Of a stretch of 20,000 nt of DNA, positions 8,359 to 14,479 are shown in pieces; position 1 is the stretch's first letter, and every line of letters begins with the position of its first letter. The DNA is taken from IMG/VR virus record IMGVR_UViG_3300033463_005796; one strand, given 5' to 3'. The position numbers and the translations under genes are program-made. The stretch comes from an uncultured virus (IMG/VR IMGVR_UViG_3300033463_005796). Taxonomy: Duplodnaviria; Heunggongvirae; Uroviricota; Caudoviricetes. Under the pieces are notes generated by a model, which did not search any database, was not told the origin of the DNA, and saw nothing but the letters and a program-made list of their open reading frames with translations.

Positions 8359-8454
8359 TCAGCCTCGCCAGCCGTAGCATTTCCTTGCCATTCTCATCAG
8401 CCACTGCCATCTGTAGTATTCAGAAGGCCGGCACGTGAAGAAATAGAGCGTCAT
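8359..8454 (-). CDS. 31-aa peptide MTLYFFTCRPSEYYRWQWLMRMARKCYGWRG, not in ORF track
   Basis: hand-translated; AAGGAGAG SD; fills gap. Confidence 0.55.
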   Translation of the reverse strand: MTLYFFTCRPSEYYRWQWLMRMARKCYGWRG

Positions 8455-8469
8455 TTGGTTTCTCTCCTT

Positions 8470-8763
8470 TCAGCTGACGACCGGAAGATTGCGAAGCTCA
8501 CCCCAGAAGTGATGGTACTCGGTATGCTGGAAGAACCAGAACGCCGAGTCAACGTCCTCGAACGTCATGGTCAGCTTCTTCATTCTGCTGTCACCGGCGT
8601 AGAATCCCGAGACCTTGATCTTCCCAGTCTCTTCAAAGAACTTCTCATCGCAGTCCCAGTGGAATTTGCTAGGGATGTAGTTCTTGAAGTCACGGACTCG
8701 GAACTTGACGTAGTCTTCCTCACTGACGGCATGGCCGCAGTAGTCTCTCATCTTCTTAGGCAT
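8470..8763 (-). CDS. hypothetical protein
   Basis: 97-aa ORF in operon. Confidence 0.75.
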   Translation of the reverse strand: MPKKMRDYCGHAVSEEDYVKFRVRDFKNYIPSKFHWDCDEKFFEETGKIKVSGFYAGDSRMKKLTMTFEDVDSAFWFFQHTEYHHFWGELRNLPVVS

Positions 8764-8785
8764 CTAGTTTCTCTCTTTGATTGTC

Positions 8786-9034
8786 CTACGCGAAGACTCC
8801 CAAGATCCGCTGGTTCGCCTTGAACGCCATCGCACAGCGGTCCTCAGGATACGAAAGAACAACGAACTTGCCAGCTGGATATTGGTTGTGCAGAACGCGG
8901 CTGATCTTGTCCTTCGCCTTGTCCAAAGTGTCGTGCTTCGAACAGCAGCACCAGCCGGCATCTACGCAGTTGCCCCCGTCAGGGACGCCCTTGTAGACCT
9001 CAGTCCAAACCATCTGGTAGTCGTTGGGGATCAT
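8786..9034 (-). CDS. hypothetical protein
   Basis: 82 aa, GAGGA SD. Confidence 0.7.
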   Translation of the reverse strand: MIPNDYQMVWTEVYKGVPDGGNCVDAGWCCCSKHDTLDKAKDKISRVLHNQYPAGKFVVLSYPEDRCAMAFKANQRILGVFA

Positions 9035-9044
9035 CGCATTGTCC

Positions 9045-9272
9045 TCACTGCTTTACGAGCTCGTAGCCCGTAGTCATGCTCCAATAGGAGCGGCCGTTGT
9101 TCAGGCAATTCAGAAGCCCGCGGATCGACTTGATCTGCCAACGCTCTTTGCCGTTGCATTCAATGGTATACCCAAACACGTTGTCAACAAGCTCACGGAG
9201 CGTTCCCGTGTAGTCGTGAGAATGGCCGTTGTGCCGGGTGCGGACCGTGTAGACTTTGCTGGAATTAGCCAT
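9045..9272 (-). CDS. hypothetical protein
   Basis: 75 aa, AAAAGGAAAA upstream. Confidence 0.75.
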   Translation of the reverse strand: MANSSKVYTVRTRHNGHSHDYTGTLRELVDNVFGYTIECNGKERWQIKSIRGLLNCLNNGRSYWSMTTGYELVKQ

Positions 9273-9313
9273 TTTGTTTTTTCCTTTTAGTTAGGGTTGC
9301 TGCAGTTGATGGT

Positions 9314-9580
9314 TCAGCTGTGCCAAGCTTCATTGCGGATGCGCACGATCTCCTCAGCCTTGGCTTTGCCGGCGTCACCGGAGAATGGAAGGCCGACCGA
9401 CTTCGTCTTGGTGCCGTACCAAGAGCTCTTCTCTCCGTTAGGACCCACAGGGCGTTCCATCACGTAGTACCACGGTTCTTTGAGGATCTGAGGATCGTTG
9501 CGGTCGCCGGACGGGAGCTGTGTGACTTTCTTGACGAAGTACCGCCGCTTGCTCTTAGGAATGGAATCGAGTTTGGACAT
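9314..9580 (-). CDS. basic hypothetical protein
   Basis: first ORF after P9. Confidence 0.8.
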   Translation of the reverse strand: MSKLDSIPKSKRRYFVKKVTQLPSGDRNDPQILKEPWYYVMERPVGPNGEKSSWYGTKTKSVGLPFSGDAGKAKAEEIVRIRNEAWHS

Positions 9581-9629
9581 GTGGGTTGTTCTCTTTTTGG
9601 TTTGAGCTGCTCAATCAAGCAGCAAGATT

Positions 9630-9658
9630 ATTATAACAAAAGACAAAACAATTGGCAG
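9630..9658 (-). promoter_or_regulatory. early-type promoter P9
   Basis: CTGCCA-N17-TATAAT. Confidence 0.85.
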
Positions 9659-9678
9659 TCCCATCAGAAATTATTTTA

Positions 9679-10005
9679 TCAGTCGGAGACGACAACTTGC
9701 CAGTCATCCTCATAGATGATCGGACCAAGGCTTACATCATCGGTGACAACCTCTAGGATCCGCACTCCATCAAGAAACCGCTTGAAGAACGGCAAAGTAT
9801 GCTTCTTGAAAGCAGCACACCCAGATTCCGTAAACCAAGACATACGGCTTCCATAGAAAGGAAGAGCCGACTTCGGAAGCCATGAAACGGCCGGACTTGA
9901 AAGGATCTCATTCTTCCAGACATCTGGACTTACAGACTTCTTAAGGAAATCGTAGATCCCTACACCATTGACAGTGAACCTATGCAAGATCATTTCCAGC
10001 TCCAT
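9679..10005 (-). CDS. hypothetical protein (SWFTESG...IYEDDWQV)
   Basis: 108 aa, TAAGGAGA SD. Confidence 0.8.
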   Translation of the reverse strand: MELEMILHRFTVNGVGIYDFLKKSVSPDVWKNEILSSPAVSWLPKSALPFYGSRMSWFTESGCAAFKKHTLPFFKRFLDGVRILEVVTDDVSLGPIIYEDDWQVVVSD

Positions 10006-10017
10006 GGACTTTTCTCC

Positions 10018-10185
10018 TTATCGGTTCTTGTTGTTCGCCCAGATTAGAAATGCGCCGAAAAAGAAATATGCGGCAATTGCTGACAAAGTCGCATTGACGA
10101 AACGGCCTTCAGCATAATGGAGTATTGCTGCATAAAGAGAAAAAATCGCTGCAAGCCCGTTGCAAACTACTATTGCAGTTTTCAT
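10018..10185 (-). CDS. 55-aa two-TM membrane peptide (MKTAIVVCNGLAAIFSLYAAIL...), not in ORF track
   Basis: hand-translated; two hydrophobic stretches, basic C-tail; stop overlaps next gene's SD. Confidence 0.65.
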   Translation of the reverse strand: MKTAIVVCNGLAAIFSLYAAILHYAEGRFVNATLSAIAAYFFFGAFLIWANNKNR

Positions 10186-10217
10186 GGTCTTTTATCTTTC
10201 ATTTATTAGAAACTTTC

Positions 10218-10289
10218 GGTGGAATCTTTGGCGGAATCTTTGGCGGAACTGCCGGCGGAATCTTTGGCGAAACTCCCGGCGGAATCGCA
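10218..10289 (+). repeat. six 12-bp tandem repeats, consensus GGCGGAATCTTT
   Basis: units at 10218, 10230, 10242, 10254, 10266, 10278. Confidence 0.9.
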
Positions 10290-10338
10290 AATTTTTGCCC
10301 TAAACCTCCGCGCGACCCACGCGCGCCCGTGCGGCATG

Positions 10339-10399
10339 GATTCCGCCGAAAAACGAAAAGCCCGGCGATTCCGCTTAAAAAAGCGATTCCGCTTAAAAA
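10339..10399 (-). repeat. inverted copies of the same motif: GATTCCGCC and 2x GCGATTCCGCTTAAAAA
   Basis: 10339-10347, 10365-10381, 10383-10399. Confidence 0.85.
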
Positions 10400-10444
10400 T
10401 TTGCTCTGCTAATTTTTAGCCGCTATCGTAGTTTCTCCGCACTG

Positions 10445-11032
10445 CTATTTCCTTTCGATTTTTCCCATGAGGGTCTTTGTGATGTATGCGTCAAGTTCGG
10501 CTTCGCTGACCGGTCTGTAGTTCCAGACGTCTGTGCCGACGTTGATGTTGAGAACGGGCGGCGTGAACTTGAACTTCCAGGCGTCATGCACATGGCCGCA
10601 CAGATGGATATGAAACCAGAGATGTCCGTCTGTGTAGGTGGGAGTTTCAACCTGCTCCCAGCGAGAATCGTAAGATGGGAAGTGGCCGACAGAAACGATG
10701 TATCTTCCTATTTTTCGGGTAAGGGTCCGGCCGATGACGCGCACATGGTTGTTCGCATCGTGGTTCCCTTCGAGGAAAATGATCGGGGCATGGATCTGGG
10801 AGACGTAGAAGTCGGGCTTGTTCCGGCCGGTTTCGATCCCGCGGTTCTTGCCGTAGTTGAGGAAGTCACCGACATGGATGAGGATGTCATCTGGCTTGAC
10901 GCGCTCGTTGATTCCGCGGATGAGGGCAGCGTCATGCTTCTCGACGGACTTGAACGGACGATGCGCCCAGTCGATGATGCCGGGGGACTGGGAGCTTTGG
11001 AGGTGCAAGTCACTTGTGAAGAATGTTTTCAT
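10445..11032 (-). CDS. calcineurin-like metallophosphoesterase
   Basis: SDLH, HVGD, GNHD, HFP, GHVH, NVGTD motifs. Confidence 0.92.
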   Translation of the reverse strand: MKTFFTSDLHLQSSQSPGIIDWAHRPFKSVEKHDAALIRGINERVKPDDILIHVGDFLNYGKNRGIETGRNKPDFYVSQIHAPIIFLEGNHDANNHVRVIGRTLTRKIGRYIVSVGHFPSYDSRWEQVETPTYTDGHLWFHIHLCGHVHDAWKFKFTPPVLNINVGTDVWNYRPVSEAELDAYITKTLMGKIERK

Positions 11033-11059
11033 CGAGGAACTTTGTTTTTCTCTGGGACT

Positions 11060-11088
11060 ATTATAACAAAGTGACAGGGGTTTAGCAG
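11060..11088 (-). promoter_or_regulatory. early-type promoter P10
   Basis: CTGCTA-N17-TATAAT. Confidence 0.85.
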
Positions 11089-11121
11089 AGTTGGATAAAA
11101 TATTTTTTAATAAAACGGATT

Positions 11122-11150
11122 CTGCTAAAACAAAATTATTTTGTTATAAT
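11122..11150 (+). promoter_or_regulatory. early-type promoter P11, divergent from P10
   Basis: CTGCTA-N17-TATAAT on + strand. Confidence 0.8.
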
Positions 11151-11163
11151 AGCCGGCATTAAA

Positions 11164-11238
11164 GGAAATCCCCCTCCCGATGAGGCCCACACGGCGGACC
11201 CAACACGCCACTCACCGGGAGGGGGATTCCGGTTTTTT
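11164..11238. ncRNA. candidate structured small RNA or bidirectional terminator
   Basis: AATCCCCCTCCCG/CGGGAGGGGGATT stem, TGAG/CTCA and GGCG/CGCC inner stems; P11 upstream, T-run downstream. Confidence 0.45.
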
Positions 11239-11252
11239 ACCCAGGAAACCGG

Positions 11253-11543
11253 TCAAAGATAGATTTTGTCGGAAGCATAAGTCCGTTTACGATAAGTCTG
11301 GTTGTCGTCCTTCGAGACATATTCGAACTCGAGGTACTTTGTCCCAAACTCGTTTTGGACGACTTCGTTCTTCAGGAGCTTGTGGCCCCAGTAGTCGGCG
11401 AAGTTCTTGTTCTTGCGGATGAGGTCTTCCCACGGAAGGTACGGATCCCAGTCGTTGCCGCTCGAGAAGACCCAGCGGCCGTTCTTCTTGACATGGACGT
11501 AAGATGTGACAAGGCACTTCGTGCTAGTGGAGTTGCTGCTCAT
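11253..11543 (-). CDS. hypothetical protein (MSSNSTSTK...)
   Basis: ATG 11543 with AAAGGAAA, downstream of P12. Confidence 0.75.
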   Translation of the reverse strand: MSSNSTSTKCLVTSYVHVKKNGRWVFSSGNDWDPYLPWEDLIRKNKNFADYWGHKLLKNEVVQNEFGTKYLEFEYVSKDDNQTYRKRTYASDKIYL

Positions 11544-11591
11544 TGTCGGTTTCCTTTCTGTTTGCTTAAGGTGTTGAAAAAGCAATCGTCT

Positions 11592-11620
11592 ATTATAACA
11601 CAAAAGAAACTTTTTAGCAG
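11592..11620 (-). promoter_or_regulatory. early-type promoter P12
   Basis: CTGCTA-N17-TATAAT. Confidence 0.85.
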
Positions 11621-11640
11621 TGCTTCATTTTAAAAAAAAA

Positions 11641-11904
11641 TCAATCGACCAGCGTGAACACGTAGTCGAAGAACTGGGAGAACCCGATGGACTTCTTCGC
11701 CGGAAAGAGACTTGCATTGTGGGCAAGGTCTTTGAAGAGTTCGGATTCGGGGTTTCCGTTCCAGATCCAGTCGTAAGCCTCGCGGGCAACTTCTTCGGAT
11801 TCGAAGACGATTCCGATGTAGTTCTTCGAAAACTCGACGGACTTCACGCGGATGAAATCCAGGCCGATGTTCGGGTCGGAGACTTTGTCGATTCGGAGCT
11901 TCAT
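11641..11904 (-). CDS. hypothetical protein
   Basis: 87 aa, downstream of P13. Confidence 0.75.
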   Translation of the reverse strand: MKLRIDKVSDPNIGLDFIRVKSVEFSKNYIGIVFESEEVAREAYDWIWNGNPESELFKDLAHNASLFPAKKSIGFSQFFDYVFTLVD

Positions 11905-11936
11905 GCGTGCGTGGGGCTTTGTGAGGTGACAGGACT

Positions 11937-11965
11937 ATTATAACAAACTGGGAACTAATTGGCAG
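11937..11965 (-). promoter_or_regulatory. early-type promoter P13
   Basis: CTGCCA-N17-TATAAT. Confidence 0.85.
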
Positions 11966-11999
11966 ATCCGGCTGAAATTATTTTTTCAGCCGGAAATGG

Positions 12000-12033
12000 G
12001 TTCCCCGGCCGGGCTTGCACCCGGCCGGGGAAC
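12000..12033 (-). terminator. GC-rich hairpin after paralog A
   Basis: GTTCCCCGGCCGGG-TGCAAG-CCCGGCCGGGGAAC; GCAA loop; weak U tail. Confidence 0.65.
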
Positions 12034-12042
12034 TTTGTTCGG

Positions 12043-12489
12043 TTACGCGAGGGCCGCTTCGGCGTCGGCGACCGGGTCGGACTCGGTGGGCGCCTCGGGG
12101 GCGGGCTCGTCGGCGGTCTTCTTCTCCGCGTCGGCCTTCTGCTTCTCGGCGAACTTCTCGGCGGCGGCCTTGACGGCGTCGGCGTCGGACTCGTCGATGA
12201 ACTTGCCGTAGGCGTCGCGGGAGAAGACGTGCTCGCCGATGATGAGCACCGTGCTCATCACGCCGGTCGCCTTCGACGGACGGCGCTCGAACTTGACGTC
12301 GGCGTCCGGCTTGAAGAGCTCCGGGTTCTTCTTCGCTTTCGCGGTGATCGTGGGACGGATCCACGAGAGGCCCTTCGTGATGACCGCGAGGCGGGTCTCC
12401 GGGGTGCCGCCGCGCTGGAGCTTCCAGCCGAGAGGCCCGATGTCGGAGTCGGTGACGGTTTCGCCGGCGATGAACGCGCTGAGTTTCAT
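12043..12489 (-). CDS. GC-rich hypothetical protein, paralog A (148 aa)
   Basis: ATG 12489 with AAAAGGAAAA; strong GC3 bias; similar to 13084-13527. Confidence 0.88.
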   Translation of the reverse strand: MKLSAFIAGETVTDSDIGPLGWKLQRGGTPETRLAVITKGLSWIRPTITAKAKKNPELFKPDADVKFERRPSKATGVMSTVLIIGEHVFSRDAYGKFIDESDADAVKAAAEKFAEKQKADAEKKTADEPAPEAPTESDPVADAEAALA

Positions 12490-12559
12490 GTGTGTTTTCC
12501 TTTTGTTGGGTTGTTGGGTTTTGTGTTTGTTTGGTGCCACTCATTCAAGCGGCATAATT

Positions 12560-12984
12560 ATTATAACAAATGCAAAGTCTTTTAGCAGAACTCATCAAAA
12601 ACTTTTTTAACTTGATGGATATCTTCCATTGAGAGGAACTATGGATTTCGGGAGGGACATTTGACTTCTGACTTTCCGCAGGACTATTATAACAAAAGGA
12701 TTTTTGTTTAGCAGAGGAACTTAGGACTGAATACTTCCCAATGGTCCTAAGACTGTTATAACAAAAAAGGGGCTTTTTAGCAGACGAGAAAAATTTTATT
12801 TTTCTCTGCTAAAAAGCTTTCACTTTGTTATAATAGCCCGACCCGGGAACTTTGGCCTTCTAAGAGGCCAAAGGCTATTATAACGCAAAAGCGACTTTTT
12901 AGCAGAGCTAAAAAGTTCCTTAAGGCACTTTATCCATCTAAAGTGCCTTAAGACTATTATAACAAAAAACTTTCCTTTTAGCAG
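12560..12984. promoter_or_regulatory. promoter hub A: six motif copies P14-P19
   Basis: CTGCTA-N17-TATAAT at 12560-12588(-), 12686-12714(-), 12755-12783(-, TATAAC), 12806-12834(+), 12877-12905(-), 12956-12984(-). Confidence 0.85.
12919..12952. repeat. perfect 14-bp inverted repeat
   Basis: CTTAAGGCACTTTA-tccatc-TAAAGTGCCTTAAG. Confidence 0.9.
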
Positions 12985-13017
12985 AGGAACTATTAAAAAA
13001 TAAAATGACTAGAGACT

Positions 13018-13053
13018 AAAAAAATCCCCGGGCCACTTTGCAGTGGCCCGGGG
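13018..13053 (-). terminator. intrinsic terminator after paralog B
   Basis: CCCCGGGCCACT-GCAA-AGTGGCCCGGGG then ATTTTTTT. Confidence 0.85.
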
Positions 13054-13083
13054 CGCGGGGAGCTTTTGGCGGGGCGGGGAGCT

Positions 13084-13527
13084 TTACTCCGCGGCGGGGA
13101 CTTCGGCCTCGGCCTCGGCCGCCGGCGCCGGGGTCTCCGGCTTGGAGGCGGCCTTCTTGGCGGCGACCTTCTCAGCGGTCACCGCGGCCTTGGACTTGGC
13201 GGCCTCGAGCTTCTCGGTGTCGGTCTCCTCGGTCACCAGGCCGTAGGCGTCGCGGCTGATGGTGATCGAGCCGATGGTGACGCAGGTGGACATGATGCCG
13301 GAGGCGGCAGACGGGCGGCGCTCGAAGAGCACCTCGGCGTCGAGCGGGAACTTGGTGTGGTCCTTGTCGCGCTTGACGGCGGCCTTGATCGTGGGGCGGA
13401 TCCACGAGAGGCCCTTGGTCGCGGCGGCGCAGACGTCCGTGAAGCCGCGCTGGATCTTCCACCCGCCGGGGCCGATGGAGGCGGGGTCCGTGACGGGGAC
13501 GGAATCGAGGAACTGCTGGAGGGTCAT
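13084..13527 (-). CDS. GC-rich hypothetical protein, paralog B (147 aa)
   Basis: ATG 13527; shares IGPxGWKxQRG, TKGLSWIRPTI, FERRPS, SRDAYG with paralog A. Confidence 0.88.
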   Translation of the reverse strand: MTLQQFLDSVPVTDPASIGPGGWKIQRGFTDVCAAATKGLSWIRPTIKAAVKRDKDHTKFPLDAEVLFERRPSAASGIMSTCVTIGSITISRDAYGLVTEETDTEKLEAAKSKAAVTAEKVAAKKAASKPETPAPAAEAEAEVPAAE

Positions 13528-13617
13528 GGTTGTTGTTCTTTCTTGGTTGTGTGCTCTCATGTGTGTGGTTGTGTGATTTATTGAGTGAGAGCACTTAGCT
13601 CAATCAATCACGGAATT

Positions 13618-13996
13618 ATTTTATCAAAAGTGCTTGGATTTAGCAGCCCGAATGAATTTTATTTTTATTTTTTTATTTGGATTGGGGAGGGGTGGGGGAG
13701 GAGAGGTTCATTTGGGTTGACGTAATTATTATAACAAAAAGCATAGTGTTTAGCAGAGCCCCCATAAAAAATAAAAAATAATTTTTTCTCTGCTAATCTG
13801 GGACAGTTTTGTTATAATAATCCTGTTAGAAAAAATGAAAATCACTCTGCTAAAGGAAACAAATTTTGTTATAATCCCCCCGAGGTCCGCCGGCAGGTTC
13901 GTCCCTGGGTCCCAGGCTATTATAACAAAAAGGTAAAAATTTAGCAGTCAAAAAATAATTTTTTTCTCTGCTAAAGTGCCCCGGGGGTGTTATAAT
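13618..13996. promoter_or_regulatory. promoter hub B: six motif copies P20-P25
   Basis: CTGCTA-N17-TATAAT at 13618-13646(-, TAAAAT), 13728-13756(-), 13790-13818(+), 13847-13875(+), 13919-13947(-), 13968-13996(+). Confidence 0.85.
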
Positions 13997-14000
13997 ATAC

Positions 14001-14052
14001 CTAGCCCCGGGGCTAGCCCCGGAGGTACGCCGGGGGATACCCCCGGGGGTAC
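14001..14052. repeat. 12-bp-period palindromic repeats (xTAsCCCCGGGG-like)
   Basis: CTAGCCCCGGGG, CTAGCCCCGGAG, GTACGCCGGGGG, ATACCCCCGGGG. Confidence 0.8.
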
Positions 14053-14083
14053 TCTGCTAAACCCGTATTTATACGGCCTAAGA

Positions 14084-14165
14084 ATCCGCCGATCGGTTCC
14101 GCCGAAGCGTGCTCATCGATGTCAAGATTCCGCCGAAGCGTGCTCCCCGGTGGTTCCGCCGATCG
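14084..14165 (-). repeat. four WTCCGCCGA repeats (reverse complement of the 10218 array motif)
   Basis: 14084, 14097, 14128, 14154; TTCCGCCGAAGCGTGCTC occurs twice. Confidence 0.85.
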
Positions 14166-14264
14166 AAATTTTTTCGAAAAGTCCATTTCGGTCCGTTCGC
14201 CCGAAGGCGATCGCGCAAGCGAGGGAGCTCCCCGAGGTGCGAAAACGCCCCAAGGGGCGAAAGA

Positions 14265-14381
14265 AACTTTATGTTAGGCGCCCCTAATGAGCCTAGGCGG
14301 GCGGGAAAAACGCTATATATAGAGCCTTTTTAAAATGCGAAAAAGTGACCCCTGGTCGGGAAAGAACTTTTTGTTAGGCGC
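14265..14381 (+). repeat. 17-bp direct repeat AACTTTWTGTTAGGCGC, 100 bp apart
   Basis: 14265-14281 and 14365-14381. Confidence 0.8.
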
Positions 14382-14425
14382 TTTTTCCTGGCCTATGAAA
14401 GCTGCTTTTTGACTTCGTCTAGATA

Positions 14426-14441
14426 TGCATGAAAGTAAATA
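14426..14441 (+). promoter_or_regulatory. candidate late promoter TGCAWGAAAGTAAATA
   Basis: 15/16 identical to 16822-16837; both precede + strand genes. Confidence 0.5.
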
Positions 14442-14479
14442 CTGACATAAATTTATAAACAAAAGGAATCATTGATAAT

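Noticed and set aside
10125..10419. ORFs with GGIF or AESL tetrapeptide repeats
   Set aside because: By-products of the 12-bp DNA repeat; the motif recurs inverted and in non-coding DNA elsewhere
10406..10434. Extra promoter copies at 10406 and 14054 (CTGCTA)
   Set aside because: No good -10 at 17 bp (TAGTTT, CCTAAG); not counted among the 25
11164..11238. tRNA call for the structured RNA
   Set aside because: No cloverleaf, T-loop (TTCRA) or D-loop
282..13584. Plus-strand ORFs of the track (e.g. 3171-3728, 4387-4989, 8236-8823, 11959-12585, 13066-13584)
   Set aside because: Antisense shadows of well-supported minus-strand genes, without SD or promoter context
821..13996. CRISPR array interpretation of the recurring repeat
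   Set aside because: Spacing is irregular (tens of bp to over 1 kb), orientation is mixed, intervals contain genes, and the repeat has promoter architecture
13976..14333. ORFs 13976-14287 and 14109-14333
   Set aside because: Non-ATG starts, translate palindromic repeats, no RBS
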